DNA from: Patellaria atrata CBS 101060
Lineage: Eukaryota
Assembly: GCA_010093705.1 (NCBI GenBank)
Contig: MU006090.1
Coordinates: 957,817 to 1,021,816, forward strand
Length of the DNA: 64,000 nt
Reading direction: 5' to 3'
Below, piece by piece: positions 40,647 to 55,717 of the stretch (its first letter is position 1; each line of letters opens with the position of its first letter). Below the pieces are notes generated by a model, which was not told the DNA's origin, did no database searches, and saw nothing but the letters and a program-made list of their open reading frames with translations. The position numbers and the translations under genes are program-made.

Positions 40647-41541
40647 ATGTTTTCTCTATACTACTGTCTCATTCTTGCAACGAATTTCCACACAATCATT
40701 GCTCTTAACGTGCAAGGGAGAGCTCCAACTCGAACAATGATTCCACGCGACGTCTTTAGCTCCCAATCCAAATTTGACGCCGATTTCAACTACCTCTATC
40801 CTTGGGGAACTGATCATAATGGTGCGTCTCGCATGGACAAGGCCCATGTTTCTATAGAGTACTCCTCAAACACCTTAACTTTAGCGGCTGATCGTGTTTC
40901 CGGTCAACCTCCTGCTACCCATGGCGGAAAACAAATACCGATCAACTATCTTGCTGGCACAGTCCATGCTAAGGAGCACTTTAGCGTTGCCCCTACCGGA
41001 GGTTATGATTTTGAAGCAGAGTTTCTCGCGCCTGTCACAAGAGGAACATGGCCAGCGTTTTGGCTGACCGCTGTAGACGGATGGCCTCCGGAGATCGATT
41101 TGGCAGAGTGGAAGGGTAGCGGCAAGATCAGCTTCAACACCTTCAATACGAGCAGTCAAGTTTCAGCAAAAGATGTGAACTATCCCAGTCCGGGGAATTG
41201 GCATAAGATTCTCTGCGAACTTAGAGATTTAAATAGGGCAGATGTTGGTATAAAATTCTACATGGATGGTCAATTAGTGACTAGCCAAGTTGGAAAAGGT
41301 TTCGTAGGAAAACGGATGTGGTTGTAGGTCCCCGTCCGCTACGACTATATACTTGTTTCGAAACAACCGATCCTCGTAGTGTTATAAACTTACAGATGGA
41401 GGGCTCGTCCGGCACACCCGGTCCTAATGGGAGTAGGCAATCCTAACTTTTAAAAAGAATCTTTTCGCAGTTTTGTTAACTTCCCCGCCAGGGACTTCTT
41501 ACTCTATTCGTAATCTCCAAGTAATGAGCTATAACCCCTAA
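40647..41541 (+). CDS. Secreted GH16-like / concanavalin-A-fold glucanase
   Basis: Signal-like N-terminus, FNYLYPWGTDHNGASRM, GTWPAFWL, WPPEIDLAEW (ExDxxE catalytic motif); two 3' introns give INLQMEGSSG..YNP*. Confidence 0.85.
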
Positions 41542-42067
41542 CGCAAGATCGGACTAGAACACAATATTCATCGAGACTGAAAGCGGTGCTGTTCGCTACT
41601 TATATACAGACCGAACGGAACTCCGAAGAGAACCAAGATCTAGTCATATAAGCAACCTGTAGAACAGTACCAGACGTAATCTCTCTATTATGTAGTAATG
41701 GGAGGTACAACTATTAATTATCTCAAGGGATTGTTTACTCCTCCATTTGAACTTCCAACATCAGGGTTAGAGACAGAGCAAATAAGCGACAAAGGCCATG
41801 ATCTACCATTCCTCGTACTATTGAACCGCTAATTTTTCCTAAATCTTATAGGAAGCAGAAATGAAGCGGAAGGGGCGTGCTTGTAGCTATCACGAGCGAA
41901 CAGGGAGACTGAAGGAGCTAGTATAAGAGAACCAACTTTCTGTAGCGAGAATAATAACACGACCAATTCCGAATGTTAAAGAGTGTGGACCTGAAATAAG
42001 CTTCCTAGATGACCCGGTCGAGCTACCTTCATTATAGCCCAAGAGAATGGTAGGGCAGAACGAGGGT

Positions 42068-44090
42068 TTATCTACCTCTTGCGAGAACTCTCGAGTTCAA
42101 GTCCGCTGTTACAATCATCTCCAGTTGAAGAAAATACCCATCCACGGACACTTCTTTCTTGAGAACAACACTTTGCTCTCCAACTCCAGCAGGTAGATGT
42201 TCATATTTGTCCAACAACGCAATAGATTTCACTTTGACATCTTCTTCGACAGTACAGAAGAGCAACGCTAGAGGATTACTCTTCCATGCGTGGACCCCGT
42301 GTCTCTTTGTCTGCAATATATTGCATATAAGGCATAAGACTGAAGCGAAGACTAAACCTGCGGGGAAGCATAGTCACAGCCACCGGACACGATTGAATGA
42401 TTCTTCGGTTATCACAGTACCATGGTATCTGGTACGATTTGGAGGCGACGCCTCTTTGATGATAGCATTCGTCATGCTGTTTGCAAGACCCTTGATCCAG
42501 CTATCCATCTTGTCTGTTATGTTAATGGACCATATCTGTTCAACAAAATCTTTATCTATCTCGAGCGAGTCATTCACGCTCACGACAATGCCGTTGAGTA
42601 TAGGGTCCAAAGCTCGTACTAGAGCTTCCATGTTTTCTTTAGCATATCCGAAGGCAATTTCTTCCTCTACATCAAATTCTTGTGGTGCTTGTGCGAAATA
42701 GGTCTTAGAGGATATGTTATACCAGATATCCTTAATAGCCAGTAATTCTTTGCCGTCGATAACCTCAGTAGCTCTTACGCAGAATGAAAGAGAACAAATG
42801 TTTGCTCTAAGGGGCCGAAATTCAGGTTCATGAGACAGCCAGTTTTCAATCTTGCGAACCCCGATTGCTAAAAATTCTAAAATTTTCGGCGGACTTGCTG
42901 GCGTAACTTCATATTCAAGATAGCCTTTAAGTTTTTTTGCGACTTGTAAAAGAGCAACCGGTGATAACGAAACATTATGCGGGTGTTCCTTTCCCTTGGG
43001 AAGCGTTTGCCACGTATAATTCTGGAGTAACCCTAGGGATCGAATGGATCACATCATCATATTGATCTCCGGAGGCGTTTCGAACAACTCTGTTCGTAAC
43101 ATTTGTGCAAGTGCCGCATATACCAAGGGAAGGTATTATTGGCCATTTACAATTCCCTGACGGGCAATTTGCCGGTACACTCTGCTGATCAGCGCCGATG
43201 AAATAGTTCTGCAATGTAGCCATCATAGTAACATCCGCTACTCTCTCGCCTTGATAAAGTCAGATGATGTCAAGCCAGAACCATTTGCATTATCAAGTCT
43301 AAACATACCTGCAGGCTCCGTTTCTGTGTGGTTGACTCCGTAGAACTCACTTCTTGGCGCTATAGCAGACGAGTTTCCGCTCAAAATAACTGCACGATTC
43401 TCAATAACGAGGATCTGTTGTGACAATTTGCTAAGAGCTAAAGAGGAGACAGTGATGATGGCCCCGAGGGAAGATATGTTTCTAACTCAACGGTGAGTAA
43501 TTGCATCCAGATAATATCCCTTATGTGGTCATAAAGTAGACCAGCTTTAAGTAAGGAGATACCTAAGTTGAATGCATTGTTCATAGAAGCTGAATGCTAC
43601 CAAGAGCTCCCCTTAATGCGCTGTCGAATACCACAAGATCATTCAATTTACTCCTCGAATTATTCCCCAGAACAGACCGACGGCGTTTGGTGACGTATCA
43701 ATTCCACATGCCTTGGCTAATTGACTCAGCAACCGGGGCGATTAGACAAGCTCTTGTGAGCGTAGAGAGAAGTGCAACAGTACTATTCAAACTAAGATAT
43801 TTGAATTTCCATGGGTTGTAAGGCTTGCCTTCGTATATGGTAAGCAGAAATGCCAAGCTGGCAAGTGTGAAAACAGAGCACGCCGAAGCTAATATCTCCT
43901 AGAATCACCAGTTACAACGAAGAACAAGTTTTGAGTCAGTAAGGGAAGGCCTTTACATATCTTCGGTATGATCATCGGCGAGTTCGCTCGATAAAGTATC
44001 AGAATATGCATCCCGGTCTTCATCCCGTATCTGGAGATCCAGCATCGGTCGATGGTCATCATCATTCTGAAAATCACGTATTCCTTCCAT
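42068..44090 (-). pseudogene. Decayed DUF3176-family membrane protein
   Basis: CNW*F*EI..SLNSTVALLSTLTRACLIAPVAESISQGMWN*Y..LNDLVVFDSALRG, CPSGNCKWP..SLGIC, WKSNPLALL; in-frame stops at 43953, 43905, 43899 and 43698. Confidence 0.75.
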
Positions 44091-44546
44091 GAGACTATTG
44101 TAGAACAGCCCACAATGTGCTAACTGTGTCGTTTTTCGGTCGTCTAGGGCGCTTTTCTCCTGAAGTTTGAGGTACCGAGATGTAAAACTTGTACATGCAG
44201 AAAGCTGAGCGACTAGAGGAAAGGAGTGTTTCGTCAAACATGAACTGCTTTGTGGAGGAATATGACATGGACCCCATATGGTCTCGGGTGGTTCGTGGGA
44301 TCCACCCCTCCTTCATGTATGACAATAGTAAGGAGCAAACATTCATAAACTATTATTACATAGAGTGAGGAACACGGAAAATCAGCTAAGAGAGCTCAAT
44401 ATGCATCTTCTGGCATACCAATTCAAAGTTCGAGATGTTAAAGTGGGACAATATGGTAACTCAGTATGTCAGACGTAAGGGTGCTGAAAATGATCAAGAT
44501 AATCGCTCCATTGTTTAATAACTGTTCTAAAGAGCGTTTAAATACA

Positions 44547-44628
44547 TGAGAACATGTAGGTAACAGCGTTTATACCTACTAGGCAACTGAGAACATGCAG
44601 GCAACAGCGTTGATACCTACTAGACAGC
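44547..44628. repeat. Two tandem 41-bp copies within a TA-rich, RIP-like tract
   Basis: TGAGAACATGTAGGTAACAGCGTTTATACCTACTAGGCAAC versus TGAGAACATGCAGGCAACAGCGTTGATACCTACTAGACAGC. Confidence 0.85.
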
Positions 44629-45182
44629 TGTGTTAAAGGAATGATGCTAATAACTAGCGTAATGCAGTAGGAGATATACTTGATTATCCTTTCCACCAAG
44701 ATCTTCAGTCTAACAGGGGACCCATACTTCAACACAGTACAACAAAGAGTAATAGCATGCTCGAACAGAAAACTAACGACATCTATAATAACCACAAATA
44801 GAACAAAGTGTGGTCAGTAACTCTTTGACGACGGAAATAGTCTTGGATATGTTTTATCATAAGCCATTGATAGAGAACAGATCCTTTATTGAAGACTCAC
44901 AGACATGCAATATAGACGTGTGAAGAACGGGGTGATACAATACGTCCGCATGTCTTCTATAAGAGCTGCCAAAGGAGAAATTGACTAAGTGAGAACCCGA
45001 ACTATTGTCCAGGGGTTGCCTAAGAACTATTAATATAGCCATTCCTTGCGTAATACCTACTGACCCTGCAAGAAACTCTGCAGTGTGATTGCAAGAAACA
45101 AAGCAATCAAGTATCCTACAAACGCATTTCTCAATCCTATAGCAATCTTCATTCACCACTCGCTTCCATCATTCGAAAAGAT

Positions 45183-45560
45183 TCAAGCCCTCGCCCTTTT
45201 GGATTTGGAAACATGTTCTCCGCTCTCACGTCCCTCCGCTGTCCCATCTTGTTGGCAGCAGGACCACACGAAACCCTCCGGACTCTCGTCCTTTAGATCA
45301 GAAATATGACCATGACACCTTTCATCATGGTCGGCTCAGAAGTCGTTGTCATAGGCTTCCTCCAGCTCACCTTAAAAAGCATAAGCTTGCCGTGTATACT
45401 TTCGCAGTTACCACTTTCGATCATACCAGAATGCTAGATGCAATCGCCATCTTCATTCGACGTCAAGTCGAATTCCTCGCCGCAGTTTTTGCATGTCTCA
45501 AACCGGGTTTCAAAATGTTTATGTTTCCTCGAGGATGAAGGTTTCGTATCCACATCCCCC
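45183..45560 (-). pseudogene. Remnant of a small Cys/His-rich fungal hypothetical protein
   Basis: FETCKNCGEEFD..DCI*HSG, intron, ELE..DF*ADHDERCHG..PEGFVWSCC..GEH; stops at 45434 and 45336 fall at probable Trp positions. Confidence 0.65.
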
Positions 45561-47344
45561 GTAACATGAAAGTGACTGAAAGGGTAATAATCGTGCTGTA
45601 ATGAAATGTGACATCCGATGGAATTGTGCTGTAATGAAAGGTACTCCGTAATAATTGCTGCATGACCAAAAGTGGGCGGGCTAACGTGAGGTTGCTCCCA
45701 AAATGGCAGCTTGGCAGGAACCGTTTGCCAGGATACGTCACTCTTGCCTAGAATTACTACCAAGGGTACCTTAGCCGGTAACCCACTCGAAGATACAAAT
45801 ATCATCTTAAACTCCAACCTCACCTCACTACTTCGACCCATCCACAACTCCTATCACCGTAAATTTGATCCATCCTACTGAATTAAACAGCCAAGTATTG
45901 GTTGAACACCCCACTCTACATTGGACATTATGGATGTATGTTCCGAACCGGCAATCGTTTCCTTGCCCTCCAAGTTTGAGCTAAGCAGGATGTCAATTAG
46001 GTTTATTATGGATATACATACGGAACCGCCGCATGGACAGCGATCCAAGCTGTCCCACTAATGCTCTCTCCGACCATGATGGTAACAATGCTTTCGCCGG
46101 AAGTACGAGAAGCAACGAGTACGTCGCTCTCGAAGCTTTATTCAGCCGCTCCTCTAATCCATACCAACAGCCCTCGAGGTTTACTTCAGCCGTAGTTTGG
46201 GATTTTCCATTCTCACTCTTGGAATACTTGCTGTTCTTCTTACGGGCTCTGTTCCCCTGTCATCGAGATTGACGGAAGGTACGTAGTCGCATTACTTCAG
46301 CTTTGCAGGACCTCTAGTGACGAAAGAAACTTTAAAGCCGGCGGTACTACAACCGATCCAAGCGATCCAAAAGCGCCCTATGCCCTTCCAACTCTCTCTA
46401 TTACGCTATTCTGGCATACTACAGAGGCCTTTTATTGCTACGGAATGTACACCCAGACAGGAATCTTTCCATTTGTTCTGGGTGCAGCAATTAGCGCATC
46501 GTTCTCGGCTGTGGGATTGTGGTGCATTCTATTTGCAAGCAGCGATGGACGGATTAGTCGCAAGACTGGGGCGGACAAAAGAACTAGCGGTTTCCCCTTC
46601 AAAAACAACAACGCGGCAAGTGAGAGAAAGAAGGCTTCAAAGAAGGGGCTGTAACAGCATGTCATTCTCGGCTTCAATTACTACTCGACCCTTTCAGGGA
46701 TAGTACTATTGGTCCAGGCCTACAATCTGCACTAGGTTTGGACCGAACATAAATTGGTTGAAATGGAAAGGGGCAGGTTCTTCAAACAGTGAGACGCCAT
46801 GAGATCGCACTTTCGCAGTAATGGGATCTCAACATTTATAGCGTAGTCCCAAAATGAAGCCTGCACTAACTATGTATTTTTAACGTCCCCTTTCTCCTCT
46901 GATTTGTCGCTACCTGTAAGCTTGCTCTTTTCTCAAGTTTTATGCGTCTACTGACGAGAGTCCCCCGCATTTTCAGCCTTCGGCATGTCCCACTTGTCAA
47001 GGTACGTCAACATTCCCTAAGCTTCCTCTTCCCAATTAAGCTATCAGAAGGGTGTACAGAATGGCAATTAGAACGTTCCGAAATACTCTTTCAGTGATCG
47101 GCTTGTAAGCAGAGATTTAAGTCTCTACATTCGTAGGGCGTGCATGAGGGTACATAAGTATAGACTTGTACCCCACTCCATCCATCTCAAATCCGAGCAG
47201 TTTTCAATCACTCACAACCAAAATCCCCATACAAAACCCCTTCCTACATATTTCCCAGTCCGATAATCACCACCCTCGTCTTCCTTGCCCTGATCATTCC
47301 CATTCCTAAGACTAGAGATCAGACCGATCCTAAGGAAAGGAAAA

Positions 47345-48133
47345 ATGACACACGTCCCCTCCTCCCGCACTCTGAAGAGCTTCACCCTGATGTCCTTCGA
47401 CGTGTACGGCACGCTCGTAGACTGGGAACGCGGCATCAAAGAAGCCCTCCTCTCTAGCCCGCACTTCTCTCTCCTGCCCTCCTCTCACGCCCTCCAATCC
47501 CAAGACGGCACCGCGCTCCTCCACGCCTTCGAGCGCCACGAACGGCGGATCCAGTCCGCACAGCCGGCACTGGACTACACCTCCGTGCTTGCCGAAGCTT
47601 ACACCGCGCTCGTGAGCGAGCACGGGTTGAAGGAAGCCGAAGGCCGGAAGGAGGACGTTGAGGAAGCGGCGAAAGCCTTCGCGGCCACGCAACCGCACTG
47701 GCCCGCATTCCCCGACACCGTGGACGCGATGAAGCGGCTCTCGAAAACGCACACCCTCGTCGCCTTGTCCAATACGGCCCGCGGCATGCTAGCACAAGCG
47801 CTCTCCTCTGACCACCCGCTCCACGGCGTGCCCTTCGCGGCCATATACACGGCCGACCAGATCGGGAGCTACAAGCCCGATGCGCGGAACTTTGAGTACC
47901 TGGAGAAACATGCTAAGGAAGAGTTTGGGGTCGAGAAGGGGAAGATCTTGCATGTGGCTCAGAGCTTGTTTCACGATCACATGCCGGCGCCGGAGAATGG
48001 GTTTGAGCTGGGGGTGTGGGTGGATCGGAGTGGGGTTATGGGGGAACAGGGTGGTTACAGGAGCCGGGCTAAGTACGGATGGAGGGTGGAGACTTTGAAG
48101 CAGCTGGCGGACCTGGTGGATGCGGAGACGTGA
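47345..48133 (+). CDS. HAD-superfamily hydrolase, haloacid dehalogenase type II-like
   Basis: MSFDVYGTLVDWE (motif I), LVALSN, GSYKPD, ILHVAQSLFHDH; intronless. Confidence 0.9.
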   Translation: MTHVPSSRTLKSFTLMSFDVYGTLVDWERGIKEALLSSPHFSLLPSSHALQSQDGTALLHAFERHERRIQSAQPALDYTSVLAEAYTALVSEHGLKEAEGRKEDVEEAAKAFAATQPHWPAFPDTVDAMKRLSKTHTLVALSNTARGMLAQALSSDHPLHGVPFAAIYTADQIGSYKPDARNFEYLEKHAKEEFGVEKGKILHVAQSLFHDHMPAPENGFELGVWVDRSGVMGEQGGYRSRAKYGWRVETLKQLADLVDAET

Positions 48134-48518
48134 TGGAATATAGATGGGCAAGTTGATGGAAAGCTTGCTTCGAAGCAAGGGACTTTATCATCCTCTGTCC
48201 CAGTTGAACTCCCTCGATTTCTATAGGTTAGCTGAATAACCACTGGTAGGTCTTCGTTCTCGAAGAATTGATTGAGATCCATTGTCTGTACAAAAAAGTC
48301 CTAGATATGAGGGGGGTTCCTCCATACGGGCCGACGTTTCTGTAAAGTTTAGCGAGAGACCCTTAGAAACTGGATTAACAGTAGTCGAGGAAAAGTCGGA
48401 ATAGGAGAAATACCTAGTACCACAAATGATAACGGTTATTTACTTACTGATACAAATCTTTCCGTACAGGAGTAATATTACCTAACGCCCCCTGAAGACA
48501 CTTCCTAATACATAGTCC

Positions 48519-51425
48519 CTATGCACCAACACCTCCCTTCCTTTTCACGGCCCTCATTATTGGAACAGTCCCATCTCTTCCCCCCTCTCTCCCAACTTCA
48601 ACAACGATCATCCTCACAAAATCTCTGTTGATCCAGTAACTACTATGTGCACCCAGCATCGTCAAGTATTGTATATCAAACGTCCCGCCACCGTAACGTA
48701 GAAACCAATCTATCTGTCCATTGTCGTTGAGCCGGATCGCACGTTCTTCAGCCACTTCTTCACGAGAAAAATTGTGCGTCTCAAGTTCCACGTTTGACGG
48801 CAATCGAGTGGGTTTGGAGGGCATTGTGTGGGATTGAGAAGAGCTCGTATTAGAAGATACGCCTGACGCACGGAAAATATTGAGAGATGGAATCCAGGAT
48901 TTCGATGCTGAGGGGACGATTGCTGGTTTGAGTGCTGCCGAGTATGAGGCATCTACAGCAGCGTTGAGACGGTATGCAACAGGGTCATAAGGATTAATGA
49001 TATTGTAAATATTGTCTACGGCTATGCACCCGTATGTATCTTTTACACCGGCGACGCCGAGACCTGGTGGACCGGGCTCCAAGCCTGGTTTTTGTCTATC
49101 ACTTCGAGGTAGAAGAGCCGCCTTTTTGAGAAGAAGGAAAAAGCCTACTGGACTGCCACATACGAAGAGAGAGCTTGTGTCGAAATTGAAGTGGTCCTTC
49201 GGGCCATCAGAAGGATCTCTCAAACCGCGAGGGACGTAGCTAGGTTGCTTGCTAAGAATGTCAATAGCCATGACGCTGCCCAAAGAGTGAGCAATCAAGT
49301 GAACACGACCCCATTGAGCAAAACCTGGATTGTTATTGCACCAGAGATGGTATATACGATTGGCTTCCCCTACGCAAGCAGCGATCATTTTTGGATTGTG
49401 CTCCTGAGAGAGGTAATAAGGAATATCCAACATAACGTCGCTGATAATGTTTCGAACGTATGGAAGCGTCTCCGGCGTGATGTCCTTCAATGAATACTGA
49501 TTGAAAGATGGGTCATCACATTCATCTCTATATCCACCGTCTTCAAAAGATAAGCTTAATCGCCAGTTGACCTTGACAGTTGGTCAGCAAAATGGATAAC
49601 AATGGAGATAGTAGTCTATAGGTTCTGATGTGAGGCATAACATGGGGATATTACATACTGGTAGAACCATTATACCTCCCATGTCCTTCCGCATATGGTC
49701 CTTCACGCTGTTGGTACCTAGTTCAACATTTATTTCTCTGCGAAATGCATTGATTGCATGAGTGAAATGAAAACTCTCCACTCTCTCTGATAGTTTCTGC
49801 CCGATCCCATGAATGACAAGGACGAGATCGGTTACCTGTGGACGTTCAGACAAAGCAAGCGCAGGGTCGGATTTCTGCCTTTGATTAGGTAGAATGCCAT
49901 GCTGGGAAGTAGAGACTCCTTCTTGCGCTTTTGTCATCCTAGGCCCCATCCGTGGCGGGTGTAATTTCTCCCATGCGGTTTGGTCAAATCCTCGGACAAC
50001 ACACACTCCGATTTTGTGTCCTTTGCGTATATAGTTCGCCAATGGTCGACGACCGTAATATGCAGAGGGCTGAAGGCTTGGGCGGAGCAAGTATGCCTCC
50101 TTATCATTTGCATAAATCACAGCGGCCCCTGGATAGTGTCGAAGTCTACCATCTCTGCCGTAACTTGTTGTCCCTGAAGCTTTATTATCTAGTCCTTCTA
50201 GTCCGATAGATATGTCAATCAGGTCTTCTGCGCTTTCTACAATCTCCCGTCTTTGTTGCTCAGGACTATAAACCTCCTCTACGAGTGTGTTTTGCACCGC
50301 TTGGTTATCCCTTGATGTGGTAGGTCGGCTGTCTTGCTTTAAAGGCTTTTCTGGCCACAGGTTATGAGAGATCTTCATCTCTCCTAGCGCACCTACTTCG
50401 ACAGCACTGTTCAACTCATCGCGCCAAGTTTCCGTCCAAGGCTGTAGAGTTATATATCCAGCTTCTAACATATTTGCAACCTCAACTTCTACCGGAAGCA
50501 TGGAGTCCTTGTAGAACCAAGTACCTCTAACAACAGACGCAATGTCATTTACTGGGGACCAGTATATCGGTTCCATACTATTATACGATTAGCAGCTCCT
50601 ACAATCTTGAAATATGGTTACATACTGTAGAGTTGGCATAACGACTTCATGAAGTCGTGACACTCCAACTGGTACTCTTGCCAAAGGACCTGCTCTTCGA
50701 GTGTCACGCGAGGTAGAGGCTCCATCACAGTCATGCTCCTCATTACCTCCAATAGGCCCATCGCCCCAATCGTAACTATCTGCAAGTTGTACTATTGGCC
50801 TTGATTTGCCCGGCCGTGTTTTTGAGCCTGGAGCATTGGTCATTGTCCTAGAAGGGGCCCTTACGAACGGATTCCCCGTAGTCACCGTTACGTCGCCACC
50901 AATCCCGATATCTGCACTGTCCAAAGCCCGAAGGGAGCTTGAGAGAGTCACCGGTTTCCAAGCCGGCTCAGATTCACCTTCGGATGTGTCAACCGGTGAT
51001 CCAAGTCCATTACCCAAAGTACGAGAAGTCTTCGCCGGAGTATGCTGTTTCAAATCAGCTCTCTGCTTGCCTTCCGCCTCAAAACTCGCCCTCCTCCTAG
51101 CTTCAGATCCACTTCGGCCATGACCGCTGCCCGAGGCTCCGCCAACGCGTTCGCGAGGACCTTTCTCTCCGCCATCCTCGTTGTATTTCAGTATTTCAGT
51201 GCGCAGTTCCAACCACGTCTTCTCTAATGCCCCATTGTCATAGTCAGAAAAGGGCCTTGGAGGCTGCCGTTGAATCGTTGCTGAGCCAGATAAGGGTGGC
51301 GGCAAAGGGGATAGTGGATCATCGATAGCGAGAGGGGATGTGTAAAAGAAACGGATAGGGATGGAAGGGGGACGTTCTTGGGCGTGGAGGACCTCTCTTA
51401 TATATTTGTTGGTTTGGTCACCCAT
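48519..51425 (-). CDS. DDHD-domain phospholipase A1 (Ddl1-like)
   Basis: FFYTSPLAIDDPLSPLP, PIYWSPVND..VVRGTWFY, LVLVIHGIGQK, LIAHSLGS, NPYDPVAYRL, MLGAHSSYW; introns ~50579-50624 and ~49575-49656. Confidence 0.9.
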
Positions 51426-52056
51426 GATGCTCTGGATTGTAGCCGACAGTCAAGGGCTCAAGGCTTCTGTGAGGTGTAATTGATGAGCGGGACGTTGGTC
51501 TCGGGATTGGGTTAAAGTTTCTCACATATGATATAGGAGAGTATATATAACATTCCTCCATCTTGAAAAGGCGAAATGTTTTTCTTAGTAGGCTTTGTGT
51601 TTGCCTGAGCTATACTCGGGATGAAGGTTCAAGCTTTGTATGCTTGTGATCGCGGGAAGATCTTTCAACGTTCTCCGACCTGCCTCTAGTTTTTACACCC
51701 CTCTACCTATGACAACATACCTTGTCAGAAGGTGCTGTTAATAGAATGAATAGGCCCGCGCTGAATCAGAGACCATTGACCTTTAAACGTTATGGAACGT
51801 GATAGACGTATATCATTTTCATACAAAATACGGTACAGTAAATATACAGAGTACAGACTATTTCATTCAAAGAACTCACAAGCCTGACACGAACTTCCGT
51901 CTAGCGTGATAATTTGGATCGCAGGACATTTGTTCTGCCTTGAGCTATCCATAACAAAAGAGTGATATACAGAGTAGAAAGCGAATCATTCAACCAGCAA
52001 ACTCCGCTGGCTCACGGAAGACCTCCATTTCACTTGTCTGTGACTGATCTGTCAGG

Positions 52057-52802
52057 ATGCCTGGTGACAATCATCCCCTACGCTTTTTCTGCTTCTTACT
52101 GACACATCGAAGGCTCATCACTGTGGTTGATCCCCCCTCGCAATTCTCCCGTCTACTCAATTGTTCAAACGCTTATCGACAAGGGCATACCTTCACTGTT
52201 CCCGTCAATCAATCCACCCACTTTTCCCCCCCATGTAACTCTAACCTCTTCTATTCCTTCGTCTGTCTATACTACTTCATCGCCCCAAGCTTGGCTCGAC
52301 TCTCTCCAGCTACCCACCGGGGATGAGATTGATGTCCGCATTATTGGTTTAGACGTAGGAAATGTATGGAACAAAGCAATCACCTTGATAGTCAGCAAGG
52401 GGTCAGAAGAGGGCAATGACGGGGCAAGTCATGGTCAAATGACAGCACTAATGAGACTCGCAGTCGAGTGTAGGGAGCGAGGTGTTGAGTCGAATGCGAG
52501 CGGGCAGGTGGGAGATAAAGGAAAGGTAAGGGCAAAGAAGTGGGTTGCAGAGGACTGGGAGCCACACATGAGTTTACTATAGTGAGTGATACTGTTGTCC
52601 GACTCCTCTCGACCTCTTTCTCACAGGGAGAACAAGTTCCGAGATACACATTTCAGAGTCAAAGCGTGCAGAAATCGAGCATGTCACCAACAATGCAGGC
52701 ATCGAGCCCTCGATGACAAGCTTCCAAGGTGGACAGCTCTGGCTGGTTCCGACTGAGAGAGATATCAAGGAGTGGAAACCGATAGCTATTCGAGACCTAT
52801 GA
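52057..52802 (+). CDS. CPD1: 2',3'-cyclic-nucleotide 3'-phosphodiesterase (2H phosphoesterase)
   Basis: MPG, intron, SSLWLIPP; two HxT/S motifs FPPHVTLTS and WEPHMSLLY; last exon GGQLWLVPTE..EWKPIAIRDL*. Confidence 0.88.
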
Positions 52803-52840
52803 CATTTCCAACGTTGCACACATCTGCCTATTGCTGGATT

Positions 52841-53158
52841 TTTTAAGTCAGACTGTGTACTTAAACGCTTTGTTCGCATACCTTATTATGCTATTGCTTC
52901 ACTACAATTTTCACCGATTTCATGAGTTTAAAACAGAACAGATCACCTTATGATCCTTCCCTCAACCTTTATCCTACTAAGCATTACTTTTCTCTGACAT
53001 TTCCCACTAACTTCACACATTTATCTTATTATCAGGTATTTTGAGTCAGACCGTGTACTTAAAACGCTCTGCTCGCATACCCTGATATGCTATTGCTTCA
53101 CCACAATTCTCACCACAACCCCCACCGATTCCACGAGTTGAAAATAGACCAGATCACC
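52841..53158. repeat. Diverged direct duplication of ~110 bp (52841-52947 and 53039-53158)
   Basis: Both copies read ..AGTCAGACyGTGTACTTAAA..CGCATACC..TATGCTATTGCTTCACyACAATT..CAGATCACC. Confidence 0.85.
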
Positions 53159-53698
53159 ATACAATGCTTCCCTTAGCCTCTAGCTCACCAGCCGTTATTT
53201 TCTCCTCCAAACCCACCACTTCCTCTGGCACCGATGCTGGGGAGCACGTCTGTTGGACTGGCTCTACCAAGGGGATGGCGGCCTCACGCCACGCATCAGG
53301 GGCTCTTTCAATACTCAAATGACAAGATAGCCTGTTGGTCTGCACGAATGGCACGACCTTCAGTCCTGTGGCCGAGGATAAATTCCCCTCCGCGAGGACG
53401 TCGAGCGCTCCGTCTTACGCATTCTATGGGTAAGCCGAGTTTGGAGATACAGTATATGGAAGTATAGCTGACATCCTTCCAGTCATAGAGGGTTGCAAGG
53501 GATACCGGTTTTGAGTTAAGGGCCCACGAAAAACACACATCTATGGAGGAAGAAGATACGCTCTTTATGAATGTATCTAGTGTGGTGTGCTATTCACTAT
53601 GGCCCGTTTCAATAAATATACAATAAAGACATCCAAACCCCCATTACATCCAAATTCGTCATCCATATTCACATCCACCCCTTTCCCACACCTCCATC

Positions 53699-55717
<2,019 letters not shown>

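Noticed and set aside
47345..48133. Horizontal transfer of the GC-rich intronless HAD gene
   Set aside because: This HAD subfamily is common in fungi, and similar GC-rich stretches occur in PUT2 and prefoldin here.
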